Shown here: piece by piece, positions 1 to 9,059 of the stretch | How positions within the stretch are numbered: position 1 is the first letter of the stretch | How the letters are laid out: every line of letters begins with the position of its first letter | Assembly (NCBI GenBank): GCA_017412085.1 | Contig: JAFPYS010000016.1 | Span: forward strand, 1,720 to 65,719 | DNA length: 64,000 nt | Source: Alphaproteobacteria bacterium | GTDB lineage: Bacteria > Pseudomonadota > Alphaproteobacteria > CAAHEQ01 > UBA3637 | Reading direction: 5' to 3' | Notes under the pieces: model-generated | Database searches by the model: none | The model's input: only the letters and a program-made list of their open reading frames with translations | What the model was told of the DNA's origin: nothing | Translations under genes and position numbers: made by a program

Positions 1-667
1 CGAACTTTTTACCACGCTTCATCTTCTTCAACTTCAGCGTCGGCACCACCCGCAAAATTGTATCATATAATTCCTTTAATTTATTCGTATAGAAATGATC
101 TGCCCCTTTTAAGGCCACATATTCCACATTAACGGACGGATTTTCGCTCAACTGCTCCGCTAAGCGTGCAACGGCCGCTTCCTCCACTTGGTTATCATCA
201 GCCCCCTGCACAATCAATCCAGAAGCCGGGCAAGGTGTCAAAAAGTTAAAATCATGTGTTCCAACACACGGCGTTGCAAACACAAAACCCTGAATCTCTG
301 GACGACGCATCATCACTTGCGCCCCAATCCATGCTCCAAAGGCATAACCGGAAATCCAACATTTATTTCCATCAGAATCCAACGCCTGCAACCAATCCAA
401 GGCAGCAATAGCATCGGCTAATTCACCAGCACCCGTGCCATCCATTTGACCTGCGGATGTTCCAACACCACGGTAATTTAAACGCAACACGGAATATCCC
501 AAACCTGCAAAAGCCTGAAATAACGTATATGTTGCCTTGTTATTCATTGTCGCCCCCTGTTTGGGATCTGGAGGCAACACCAACATTAACGGTGCTGTTG
601 GATTCTCAGAGCGGTAAAAACGCCCCTCTAAACGTCCACAAGGACCCGAAAAAAACACTTCTGCCAT
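1..667 (-). CDS. alpha/beta hydrolase-fold protein (COG2945-like); 3' end runs off the window edge
   Basis: Minus-strand reading frame from the ATG at 665-667, open to position 1 and absent from the ORF track because it has no stop. Translation begins MAEVFFSGPCGRLEGRFY...LVLPPDP...LRLNYRGVG. The nucleophile-elbow position reads GYAFG, with Ala where Ser is expected. Confidence 0.7.
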   Translation of the reverse strand, partial: MAEVFFSGPCGRLEGRFYRSENPTAPLMLVLPPDPKQGATMNNKATYTLFQAFAGLGYSVLRLNYRGVGTSAGQMDGTGAGELADAIAALDWLQALDSDGNKCWISGYAFGAWIGAQVMMRRPEIQGFVFATPCVGTHDFNFLTPCPASGLIVQGADDNQVEEAAVARLAEQLSENPSVNVEYVALKGADHFYTNKLKELYDTILRVVPTLKLKKMKRGKKF

Positions 668-741
668 CGTTAAAACTCCTTTATATAGGTTACTTCTAAC
701 AAAGAAATTACAACATTTTTTTCAAAAAATCAAGATTTTTA

Positions 742-770
742 TTGACAATTCAATTAAAAAGAGGTATAAA
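742..770 (+). promoter_or_regulatory. sigma70-type promoter for the tRNA(CAU) gene
   Basis: TTGACA (742-747), 17 nt spacer, TATAAA (765-770). The tRNA 5' end lies 11 nt downstream. Confidence 0.7.
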
Positions 771-780
771 TATTGCCATT

Positions 781-856
781 GGCGGAGTAGCTCAGTTGGT
801 AGAGCGGTGGAATCATAATCCATGTGTCGGGGGTTCGATCCCCTCCTCCGCTACCA
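781..856 (+). tRNA. tRNA with CAU anticodon (elongator Met or lysidine-modified Ile2; not an initiator type)
   Basis: Cloverleaf reads by eye: acceptor GGCGGAG/CTCCGCT, D arm GCTC..GAGC, anticodon loop AUCAUAA, T arm GGGGG-TTCGATC-CCCTC, encoded CCA. It lacks the three G-C anticodon-stem pairs of an initiator. Confidence 0.9.
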
Positions 857-866
857 AAGTTTGAAT

Positions 867-894
867 AACGTCTTGTTAAACAAGGCGTTTTTTC
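867..894 (+). terminator. rho-independent terminator after tRNA(CAU)
   Basis: Stem aacgtcttg/caaggcgtt (one G-U pair), 5-nt loop, then a T run. Confidence 0.7.
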
Positions 895-1011
895 ATACCC
901 ATTTTTCGGATTTGGGGTGTAACACAAGGGTGCAACACAAACCTGTAACACCAAGACATAAAAACAGGAGTAAAAAATACCCCCATTTTTGATACACTTT
1001 TTGGCTAAAAA

Positions 1012-1452
1012 TTATCCATTATTTTGGTTTTCATGAATATCTAATTCAATATCCTGATACAATAATTTAAACGCTTCACATTCCAATAAAGTGTCGGGTT
1101 TTATATCTTTCCAAAAGGCTTCGTGAATTTTGCGCCAAGTGACAAGGGTTTTATCTCCTTCGCCTTCTTTACAGGCAAAATCAGCATCGACCTTACTAAA
1201 AGGAACAACAGAAACTTTTGTATCTTCAATAATCGCCCGTGCGTTACCGGCAGAATCTAAGATAATACTAATATCTCCCACTTGAGAGGTCTTGCCGCCT
1301 TTATAAACGCAACTAGTGGCTGTTTTCTTGCCACATAAGACCAATTGCAATAGCTCATCTGGTTTGTCCCCAAAAGTAAAGGCATCATAGGATTTGCCTT
1401 TATATGATGGATACTTTTCGACAAACTCTTGCCATAATTGTTCGGGTGTCAT
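1012..1452 (-). CDS. ASCH domain protein (YhfF/COG4405-like)
   Basis: 146 aa. FGDKPDELLQLVLCGKKTATS and the C-terminal EGEGD..WRKIHEAFW pattern are typical of ASCH/PUA-like proteins. ATGA overlap with the upstream GNAT gene. Confidence 0.75.
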   Translation of the reverse strand: MTPEQLWQEFVEKYPSYKGKSYDAFTFGDKPDELLQLVLCGKKTATSCVYKGGKTSQVGDISIILDSAGNARAIIEDTKVSVVPFSKVDADFACKEGEGDKTLVTWRKIHEAFWKDIKPDTLLECEAFKLLYQDIELDIHENQNNG

Positions 1453-2069
1453 TTATCAATCCTCTTCATAAGATATTGTTGTATTGCAATTTTAGATTTT
1501 GGAATACCTGTCTGGGATTTCCATTGCCTTGTCTTATCTAGGAACATACATCCTTGCCGCTTATAAAATTGCATGCCACTTACATTCCCCGGGCCTCGTT
1601 GGCCTTGTGCATTTTGAGGCCCATGAGTAACGGTTGCTAATTGTAAAACGGTTTCACCTTGTTGATGCAACTTTTCTATTAAAGTTTGCCACAGCGCAAA
1701 TCCAACTCCTTGCTTTTGATGTTCGGGCAAAACATAAAGAGCATCCAATTCAGTTTTAGCACCAGGAACAACTTTCTCACCTTCGGAAAGTACATGACTA
1801 ACAGCACAACCAACAACTTTTCCATCAACTTCGGCAACCAATGCAGAATAAGATGAATCTTTAGTACGAGCTTTGAACTGTTCTGGATGGGCTTGTTTTT
1901 CAACAATTCTTTGTTTTAGATAAGAAATCTTTTCGTTTAGTTCTTCTTGGGCAAGATATTGTACCCCATTGTGTAGTTCGCACGCCAAAGTGATCTTTTC
2001 TATTATATCAATGTCATCAGTTGGTGCAAGGGGACGACATTTTATAATATTATGGTACTTTTGTGTCAT
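1449..2069 (-). CDS. GNAT family N-acetyltransferase
   Basis: 206 aa. Acetyl-CoA binding motif QKQGVGFALWQTLIE (Q/RxxGxG/A) in the expected beta4-alpha3 context. Confidence 0.8.
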   Translation of the reverse strand: MTQKYHNIIKCRPLAPTDDIDIIEKITLACELHNGVQYLAQEELNEKISYLKQRIVEKQAHPEQFKARTKDSSYSALVAEVDGKVVGCAVSHVLSEGEKVVPGAKTELDALYVLPEHQKQGVGFALWQTLIEKLHQQGETVLQLATVTHGPQNAQGQRGPGNVSGMQFYKRQGCMFLDKTRQWKSQTGIPKSKIAIQQYLMKRIDK

Positions 2070-2136
2070 TTTTATTCTCCATTTTCAACATTCCATGCAT
2101 TTTATCGTTTTTTTTAAAAAAAATGTCAAGTTAATG

Positions 2137-2165
2137 TTGACATTTATCAAACAATTCTTTAGGAT
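2137..2165 (+). promoter_or_regulatory. candidate promoter for tdk
   Basis: TTGACA, 17 nt spacer, TAGGAT. Confidence 0.45.
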
Positions 2166-2227
2166 CTAAGAGAGAACAAGAATATCAACGCTGATCGGGG
2201 GAATAGGCGCAAAATGAAGGCAGGATT

Positions 2228-2809
2228 ATGGCAAAACTATTCTTTTATTACAGCGTAATGGGCGGCGGAAAAACAACCTCCCTGCTCCAAACCGAATATA
2301 CCTATCGTAGAAATGGTTTCAAACCTTTAATGATTAAGCCAAAATTGGACGACCGTGAGGGAGCTCAAAATGGTTGGGGACCGATATCCAGCCGCATCTT
2401 AACCGGGAAACACCAAGCCCTTTATGTGGACGCAATTACACCGGAAGCTTTGCAAGGTATTGACTATAACATTATTTTGGTGGACGAAGTGCAATTCTTT
2501 AAAGAAAAGGATATTAATGCCCTGTCCGAGATTGTGGACAAACAAAACATTCCTGTACTCTGTTATGGACTAAAAACAGACGTGAATGGCAACCTATTTG
2601 AAGGGACAGCAAAACTGATGGCAGTTGCCGATGAAATTACAGAAATTTCTCATCCCTGTAAATGCGGAGAAAAAGCCACACACCACGTGCGCCGCATTGA
2701 TGGACAGGTAGACACCGGTGGTACAGCCATTGCCGTAGAAAAGGGAAATGTAACTTATGAATCTGTCTGTCGCAGATGTTGGAAAGCGCTGACGGGGCGC
2801 ACAAGTTAG
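2228..2809 (+). CDS. tdk: thymidine kinase
   Basis: 193 aa. P-loop MGGGKTTSLL, VDEVQFF, and a C-terminal zinc-ribbon Cys pattern (CKCG...CRRC). Confidence 0.92.
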   Translation: MAKLFFYYSVMGGGKTTSLLQTEYTYRRNGFKPLMIKPKLDDREGAQNGWGPISSRILTGKHQALYVDAITPEALQGIDYNIILVDEVQFFKEKDINALSEIVDKQNIPVLCYGLKTDVNGNLFEGTAKLMAVADEITEISHPCKCGEKATHHVRRIDGQVDTGGTAIAVEKGNVTYESVCRRCWKALTGRTS

Positions 2810-2849
2810 GCATCCATTAAAAAAGGAGTGGAAAATCCACCCCATTTCT

Positions 2850-3071
2850 TTATTTGACGCTCATATGTCCCATCAGGCGGGAGATCTTTATTTGCGCCGC
2901 ACCATAACGACGTTTAAACTCCGGATCCTTGCACCACTTCGCCCATTTACCGTACCGAACAAACTCACGAGCCAGATGCATTTGACGCGTCTCTTCGTCA
3001 ATATCTTTTTGCTCTGACATTGCAATCGCTTCGTCTATTCCTGGGATATTGTCTTGAACATACTGCACCAT
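2850..3071 (-). CDS. hypothetical small protein
   Basis: 73-aa ORF with a good RBS (AAAGGAGAAAGG) and its own promoter. No recognisable motif. Confidence 0.5.
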   Translation of the reverse strand: MVQYVQDNIPGIDEAIAMSEQKDIDEETRQMHLAREFVRYGKWAKWCKDPEFKRRYGAAQIKISRLMGHMSVK

Positions 3072-3096
3072 CCTTTCTCCTTTCTTTTTGAATGCG

Positions 3097-3126
3097 ATTA
3101 TATGCCCCCAAAAAATTAAAAGTCAA
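3097..3126 (-). promoter_or_regulatory. promoter for the 2850-3071 ORF
   Basis: Minus strand TTGACT, 18 nt spacer, TATAAT. Confidence 0.55.
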
Positions 3127-3199
3127 GTACTCTTTTTAAATAAATTTCTTGCTTTAAAATTTTTTTTAGAGTACACTTTTCAAAAACAAGGAGTTACAG

Positions 3200-5056
3200 A
3201 TGATTAGCTTTTTTAATAAAATCGGAAACACATGGATCGCAAAAGCAATTTTTGTCGCGTTAGGTATCAGTATGATGGCCTTTTGGGGACTTGGTGGAAT
3301 TGGCAACACATCGGGTTCTGATACAACTGCTATACAGGTTGGCCGTCGTAAGATTTCGATGGCTGAGCTTGTCAAAACATTTGAAACAGAGCGTGCGAAA
3401 TTGGGTCAATTAACCGGCCAATACATTTCTCCCAAACATGCTATTGAACTTGGCCTTCTTCAAAAAGCTGTACAAACAAAATTATCCGAATCCATCAATG
3501 ATATTATCCAAGACGATTTGGGCCTTGCCGCCTCTGATGATGCGGTACGTCGTTATGTGGAACGCCACCCCGTTTTCAAGGACTCTGCCGGGAATTTTGA
3601 TCGCAACTTGTTCATGGCCTATCTTTCTCAAATGAAATTGACAGAAGGACAACTTGCCGAACAGCTGCGTGATGAGTTGGCGAATCAACACTTAAGCAAC
3701 ACGATTCGTTTTGCCTCCCCCACATCCAAATCGTTGGCCGAAATGACGTGGTATTATCAAAATCAACAACGCGACATTGAAGCCTTGTTGATTGAAGCGG
3801 ACAAAATTACCGTAACAACACAACCAACAGAGCAAGATCTAAAAGATTATTATGAGGCTTATTTGTCTGACTTTATGTTGCCAGAAACGCGGGATATTGA
3901 TTTATTGTTTGTCACACCGGATCAAGTTGCCAAAAATATTCAGGTTTCTCAGTCAGATTTAGATGCCGCCTATGAAGCTCAAAAAGCCAATTTTGAAATT
4001 CCAGAACGTCGTCACGTTTACCAAATTCGCTTTAATGATGAACAGAGCGCCGTGGCGGCAAAAAAAGGCCTGACTGCCGCAAATTTCATGACAAAAGCGG
4101 CTGATTATGGCCAAACAAATGCAACCACAGATTTCGGTATTGTCACACGAACAGAGATGTTACCTGAAATGGCTGAGGCCGCGTTTAAGGCTCAACCCCG
4201 CATGATTGTGGGGCCCGTGGAAACAGATATGGGATGGCATTTGTTAATCGTCACAGAAATTCAGCCCGCCGTTCAACAAAATAAACAAGCTGCATACAAA
4301 GAAATCAAAGAGAAAATAGTTGCGGATCTTGCTTATGATCAATTAACGGAAACATCCAGGAATTTAGAAGATTTGTTGGGTGAAGGTCTTCCTTTGAAGG
4401 AAGCCGCTGACCGTCTCGGTTTAACCACACAAACATTCAAGAATGTGGAAATTTCTGCTGCAACTTTACCAGAAAATTTAAGAAATCAAGAGTTAATGCA
4501 GGATATATTTACTCTTAAAGAAGGCGAAACAACCGCCCTTATGGAACAAGCTAATGGTTATTTGGTTGCGCAAGTTCAAAAAATTACCCCTGTACAAGCG
4601 AAAAACTTTGCCGATGTAAAAGCCGATTTAAAGAAGCTGTGGCAAACAGAGCAACAAAAAGCCATGTTGCCAGATATTATTACCAAGGCGGCCGATCAAA
4701 TGCGAAACGGATCCATCCCCGCAAGATTGGGGCATCTGATGATTATCAAACAGGCTTCTTTGCAACAACCAAAAGAATTACCCACGCAAAGTTTAACCAC
4801 CGTTTTCACACAAGGTGTTGGCTATGAAAATGCCGCGGTAACCAATTTGGCTGATGGGGCCTTAATTACTGTTGTTAAGAAAACATATTCGCCACTTATG
4901 AAAGCAGATGCTTTGCCGGAGCAACTTGAACGGTTGTCCGCTGATAATGCTCAGCTTTTATACGATGGTATCGTTGCAAGTTATGCGGATAAATTAAATA
5001 TCAAAGTAAATGATACCGCAATAAAAAAGGCATTTTCTGTATATCAAGATGAATAA
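3200..5056 (+). CDS. ppiD: periplasmic chaperone / peptidyl-prolyl isomerase PpiD-like
   Basis: 618 aa. N-terminal membrane anchor, SurA-N-like region, and a parvulin segment (ERRHVYQIRF...GWHLLIVTE). Confidence 0.8.
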   Translation: MISFFNKIGNTWIAKAIFVALGISMMAFWGLGGIGNTSGSDTTAIQVGRRKISMAELVKTFETERAKLGQLTGQYISPKHAIELGLLQKAVQTKLSESINDIIQDDLGLAASDDAVRRYVERHPVFKDSAGNFDRNLFMAYLSQMKLTEGQLAEQLRDELANQHLSNTIRFASPTSKSLAEMTWYYQNQQRDIEALLIEADKITVTTQPTEQDLKDYYEAYLSDFMLPETRDIDLLFVTPDQVAKNIQVSQSDLDAAYEAQKANFEIPERRHVYQIRFNDEQSAVAAKKGLTAANFMTKAADYGQTNATTDFGIVTRTEMLPEMAEAAFKAQPRMIVGPVETDMGWHLLIVTEIQPAVQQNKQAAYKEIKEKIVADLAYDQLTETSRNLEDLLGEGLPLKEAADRLGLTTQTFKNVEISAATLPENLRNQELMQDIFTLKEGETTALMEQANGYLVAQVQKITPVQAKNFADVKADLKKLWQTEQQKAMLPDIITKAADQMRNGSIPARLGHLMIIKQASLQQPKELPTQSLTTVFTQGVGYENAAVTNLADGALITVVKKTYSPLMKADALPEQLERLSADNAQLLYDGIVASYADKLNIKVNDTAIKKAFSVYQDE

Positions 5057-5071
5057 ACTGAGGGGGGATTC

Positions 5072-6055
5072 ATGACAAAAGAACGAAAACCGAAGGAAAC
5101 AGATAAAATTCAGGAAACGGAACAGCTTTCCAACGCAAAATCCTCAAAGAAAAGAGGGGGAAGTAAGTTCTTCCTTTATCTTATTTTTATGTTTTTGTTG
5201 GCTGCGGGAAGTGGTTTTGCCGTCTATCATATGACACCACTTGTCTTGGCTTCTTTGGCTCCCAAAACACCGATTACGCTTAAAACAATTCCGGCCGCAA
5301 AAGCTCAAAGCTTGTCCGAACAAAAAACAACGGAATTTGTTTATGGTGATCAAGTAGCAACAATTACTGTCGAAGAAAACGAAATCACCCCATCCGATCC
5401 ATTTGAAACAGAGGATCCTGTTTACACGCCCGAAGAAAAGGTTGAAGCTGTTGTACAAACACCCGTCATCGTTGAGGCGCAAATTATTCCACCACAACAT
5501 GATATCATCCAACCTGAATATAATCCGCAACCGAGAAAGAAAATGGCGCCCTATTCCGTTTTAAAAGCTATGGAATTGCGCGACGCTTTTAAAAATGGTG
5601 AAGAATGTCGTCCATTGTTGGAAGAATTGGTGGCCATACCAAACAAAAGTGCTGAAATTGACCAGGCATTGGTCAACTTGTTGCAAGCTTGCTTGGATCG
5701 TCCACTCAGCGACCAAATGAAACAGGCTTTTTATCAGGCCAGAAAACGGGCAATTTTACGCATTTTCCAAGCAAAATATCCGACATATCTTGCCTATGTC
5801 AAAACTATTCCTTACCTGTTGGCAAATATACATAAAAAACATCCCGGCACCAATAATCCTTTAGATATTTTGGATCGCATTCAAAATGCAGTAGATCAGG
5901 ATCACCCACAATTGGTCTTAACCTTAATACCAGAGCTGCCAGAAAATGTACAAGCCACATTAAATGATGTAGCAAGGTATGCCGAGGCAGAATCTTCTTT
6001 ATATAAGACATTGAATTATTTAATGAAGGCTTTATTTGATGGGGAGGAAAGATAA
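5072..6055 (+). CDS. HemX/Mic60 (mitofilin)-like inner-membrane protein
   Basis: 327 aa. One N-terminal TM helix, an acidic/Pro-rich spacer and a helical C-terminal domain. TAATG overlap with the HemY-like gene, which is the position alphaproteobacterial Mic60 occupies. Confidence 0.45.
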   Translation: MTKERKPKETDKIQETEQLSNAKSSKKRGGSKFFLYLIFMFLLAAGSGFAVYHMTPLVLASLAPKTPITLKTIPAAKAQSLSEQKTTEFVYGDQVATITVEENEITPSDPFETEDPVYTPEEKVEAVVQTPVIVEAQIIPPQHDIIQPEYNPQPRKKMAPYSVLKAMELRDAFKNGEECRPLLEELVAIPNKSAEIDQALVNLLQACLDRPLSDQMKQAFYQARKRAILRIFQAKYPTYLAYVKTIPYLLANIHKKHPGTNNPLDILDRIQNAVDQDHPQLVLTLIPELPENVQATLNDVARYAEAESSLYKTLNYLMKALFDGEER

Positions 6056-7233
6056 TGACAAAATTTTTGATTGCATTAATTGCTTTATCTGGTCTAATTT
6101 ATCTGATTGCACATGATACATGGCGCATGACGTTAGACACATCCAATTATGAAATATCCGTCTCATTTATCCTGTTTTTAACCGGTTTAGTCGTATTGTG
6201 GTGGTTGCTCGCGCAAATTAAAAAGCCCTTCAAATGGTGGAACCAATTTAAGACATGGCGCAAAAGTCAAAAACAAATAGAAAAAGAAAAGTTTTTCCCA
6301 GAATTGCTGACAGCCTTATTGAGCCATGAAACAACCAAAGCCGCTAGTTTGATGGATCAAGCACAAAAATTATACGGCAAGGATTCTAAGGAAAATTTGC
6401 TTGTCTCTGCTTTATTGGCACCACAGGCAAATGTCTTCCAAGAATTAAAAGATAAAGAACCAACGAAATTGGCTGGACTTTATGGCTTGGTTCAAGAGGC
6501 GGAGGCAAAAGGTGACTTTGAACAAATGGAAGAGTTGTTGCAACAAGTGCCGAAGTCTCAAGAGAAAACTTTTTGGGTACAACAAGCAAAAATGCATCTT
6601 GCCCTCAATCGCAGCGATTGGAAGCAAGCCCTAACTTTGGTTGAACAAAACAAAAAACATTTAACCAAAGAACAATACCGCTCTCACAAGGCTTGTTTGC
6701 TTTTAAAATTGGGACGCACAAAAGAAGCTTTCCATTTAATGCCTGGCCATCCAGCCATTGCTTTGGCCTATGCAAAAGTGGATTCAAAGAATGCTCAACG
6801 TATTTTGGAAAAAGCTTGGCATGTTGCCCCAAATTGGCTTATTTATCAAGCATATAAGCAATCTATCAAAACCTTACCGAATAATAAAAAAGTTAAGGCA
6901 ATATTAAACTTAACACGCGCCACCAGAGATCAACGCTATTCCTTGCTCGCACGTGCAGATATGGATACAGACATGCACAATTGGGCACGTGCTAAGGAGA
7001 ATTTGGAAATTTACTTGCAAAACTATCCCCTCACAAGACAGGTGGCAGACATGATGGCAAATCTTGAACGCACAGCTTGGCATCATGAAGAAGCCGCCAA
7101 TGATTGGGAACGCAAAGCGATTGAATCCGAAGATGACTCTTTATGGATCTGTACAAAGTGCGGACATACAGCCGGTGAATGGCAAATTCTTTGCCCTCAT
7201 TGCAATGCTTTTGATAGCCTGTATAACAAGTAA
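6055..7233 (+). CDS. HemY N-terminal-domain / TPR protein with C-terminal zinc ribbon
   Basis: 392 aa. Two N-terminal TM helices, TPR-like body, terminal CTKCGH...CPHCNAF. Confidence 0.75.
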   Translation: MTKFLIALIALSGLIYLIAHDTWRMTLDTSNYEISVSFILFLTGLVVLWWLLAQIKKPFKWWNQFKTWRKSQKQIEKEKFFPELLTALLSHETTKAASLMDQAQKLYGKDSKENLLVSALLAPQANVFQELKDKEPTKLAGLYGLVQEAEAKGDFEQMEELLQQVPKSQEKTFWVQQAKMHLALNRSDWKQALTLVEQNKKHLTKEQYRSHKACLLLKLGRTKEAFHLMPGHPAIALAYAKVDSKNAQRILEKAWHVAPNWLIYQAYKQSIKTLPNNKKVKAILNLTRATRDQRYSLLARADMDTDMHNWARAKENLEIYLQNYPLTRQVADMMANLERTAWHHEEAANDWERKAIESEDDSLWICTKCGHTAGEWQILCPHCNAFDSLYNK

Positions 7234-7950
7234 TTAACGACTAGATGTTCTTGTATTTGCACGCACGTGCTGCGGGCGAATGATTTTTGCGCTGTCAATA
7301 CCGAATTTTGCCAAAACTTCATGCACAACCGGATTGATTTCTCTACCCTTGTTATTTGCAGCACCTATTAATCCTTGCGTCCATTGTGCAATCGCATTCC
7401 AGTTTGGCTCTAACAGCCGAACCGTTTTGGGTTTTATCGTTGTACCTTCGTACGCGATTTTTAAATCAAAAGCATTATAGACGGCTTTATCTTGTGTTCT
7501 AAGACTACGTTCACGAGAAAAAACTGTCATGCGTGTCATACGCCCTTTTGAATCCAATAACGGGCGCAAGTAAACATCAAAACGCTCAGCTGCACGAACG
7601 CTTTCTTCGTCTTCCCATGTGCACCTATCTTTTTTCAATAAACTCGGGGCAATATCCAACTTTTCGTAGCAAGCTAACACAGATCCGTATGCAGTATTGG
7701 CCACTAGCCCCAGCATAGAAATTTTAAATGAATGATATTTTTTATCATCTCCCGCAAACAGTAAATGTTGATGGAAAAATGAATTAGCAGGCTCAGCATT
7801 TTCTATATACCCAATTGTGCGATCCTCCGCAATCCAAGACCTTACACGAGAATTTCGGCAATAACGCAACTCACGTCCTCTTTGATCGATTACTGTTTGA
7901 TCTTTTTTACGATAAAGCGCACGACTTTGAAATTGTATTAATTTTTCCAT
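7234..7950 (-). CDS. hypothetical protein
   Basis: Start moved to MEKLIQ (GAGGAG RBS), because the longer ORF begins inside the -10 box. No recognisable domain. Confidence 0.55.
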   Translation of the reverse strand: MEKLIQFQSRALYRKKDQTVIDQRGRELRYCRNSRVRSWIAEDRTIGYIENAEPANSFFHQHLLFAGDDKKYHSFKISMLGLVANTAYGSVLACYEKLDIAPSLLKKDRCTWEDEESVRAAERFDVYLRPLLDSKGRMTRMTVFSRERSLRTQDKAVYNAFDLKIAYEGTTIKPKTVRLLEPNWNAIAQWTQGLIGAANNKGREINPVVHEVLAKFGIDSAKIIRPQHVRANTRTSSR

Positions 7951-7978
7951 GTTAACTCCTCGGTAAAAATATATCAGC

Positions 7979-8007
7979 ATTATAACACATCTTTTTTATT
8001 TTGTCAA
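7979..8007 (-). promoter_or_regulatory. promoter for the 7234-7950 gene
   Basis: Minus strand TTGACA, 17 nt spacer, TATAAT (perfect consensus). Confidence 0.7.
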
Positions 8008-8073
8008 CATTTTACCCCACATACAAAAAACAGCTTGATTTTTTTTCCATTTTCCAGTAAAGTAACACATGTT

Positions 8074-8156
8074 GCGGGCGTGGTGGAATGGTAGACACGT
8101 TGGTCTTAGAAGCCAATGCCAAAAGCGTGAAGGTTCAAGTCCTTTCGCCCGCACCA
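8074..8156 (+). tRNA. tRNA-Leu (UAG)
   Basis: Acceptor GCGGGCG/CGCCCGC, anticodon loop CUUAGAA, long variable arm, T loop TTCAAGT, encoded CCA. Confidence 0.9.
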
Positions 8157-8159
8157 TAT

Positions 8160-8190
8160 AGCCCTCAACAAAATGAGGGCTTTTTCTTTT
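8160..8190 (+). terminator. rho-independent terminator after tRNA-Leu
   Basis: gccctca/tgagggc stem followed by TTTTTCTTTT. Confidence 0.75.
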
Positions 8191-8197
8191 AGAAATC

Positions 8198-8764
8198 TCA
8201 CAGTAAAGGTTGTAATGGCTGTGATTTATCCCATTTAAAGACTCCAGTATTTTTTATTTTAAATTCCAGGCACGTCTTTTCAAACTCTTTTTGATTAAAT
8301 GAATCTAAATTACGGGACAAATACATCGCCATTCTGACTGTTCCCCCATGGGCAACAATCAAAGTGTCTTGTTTGGTATCTATTTCATCAAAAAATGATT
8401 TTATCCTTTTATAAAAATCCTCAAGTGATTCAGCATGAACTTTATGGGGTTCGTGATTTAAAAGATCCCATAATTCGTTAGATATATCTTTGGCGACAAG
8501 TCCTTGTAAATCGCCCATATTCAGTTCTCTTAATCTCGCATCATAAGTAATCGGAAGGGATAAAGATTCATTAATAATGGCAGCCGTTTCTTTTGCTCGC
8601 AATAAGTCTGATGCAATAATTTTATCCATTTTAACAGAGGCAAGTTTTTTGCGACACTGTCTTGCTTCGTTTCTGCCAGTATCATTCAATGGCATATCCA
8701 AATGTCCCTGAATCCTGTTTTCAAGATTCCAATCTGTTTGCCCGTGCCTGACTAAATAAATCAT
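8198..8764 (-). CDS. histidine phosphatase (phosphoglycerate mutase-like) family protein
   Basis: MIYLVRHGQTDWN RHG motif and a later HGG motif. Start chosen at the Met preceded by the GGGGGG RBS. Confidence 0.8.
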   Translation of the reverse strand: MIYLVRHGQTDWNLENRIQGHLDMPLNDTGRNEARQCRKKLASVKMDKIIASDLLRAKETAAIINESLSLPITYDARLRELNMGDLQGLVAKDISNELWDLLNHEPHKVHAESLEDFYKRIKSFFDEIDTKQDTLIVAHGGTVRMAMYLSRNLDSFNQKEFEKTCLEFKIKNTGVFKWDKSQPLQPLL

Positions 8765-8793
8765 ATACCCCCCTAAAATCAGGTATATCAAAC

Positions 8794-9015
8794 TTAGAAC
8801 TTTTCAATGTCTTCCTGCAAGATGGACATGTTCCAATCATAGGAAATTTCGCCGTCATCCGAGTTTTTATAAACAACGCCAATAAATTCTTTACCCACAT
8901 ACACTTCGGCGGGAGCATCTTTACCTGTTCCAGGATGCAGATTGATTTCTGGATTCCAAAAAAGTTGTTGTAAATATGTTTGAATTTTTTCCATTTCTTC
9001 AGCGGTCAGTTGCAT
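8794..9015 (-). CDS. DUF3126 family protein
   Basis: 73 aa. The EVYVGKEFIGVVYKNSDDGEISYDWNMSILQEDI pattern is characteristic of the alphaproteobacterial DUF3126 family. Confidence 0.75.
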   Translation of the reverse strand: MQLTAEEMEKIQTYLQQLFWNPEINLHPGTGKDAPAEVYVGKEFIGVVYKNSDDGEISYDWNMSILQEDIEKF

Positions 9016-9044
9016 TTTTGCTCCTTTCTTTTTGTTTTATTTTG

Positions 9045-9053
9045 TGATATTAT
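9045..9053 (+). promoter_or_regulatory. extended -10 element (TGaTATTAT) 6 nt upstream of the dusA ATG
   Basis: No Shine-Dalgarno sequence lies between it and the ATG at 9060. A minus-strand TATAAT for the divergent DUF3126 gene overlaps the same bases. Confidence 0.4.
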
Positions 9054-9059
9054 ACTCGC

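Noticed and set aside
188-699. Plus-strand ORFs 188-421 and 457-699
   Set aside because: They are antisense shadows of the minus-strand alpha/beta hydrolase frame. That frame gives a coherent, family-like protein; the plus-strand products are low-complexity and have no RBS.
754-954. Minus-strand 66-aa ORF
   Set aside because: It overlaps the tRNA(CAU) gene and its terminator, so it is not plausible as coding.
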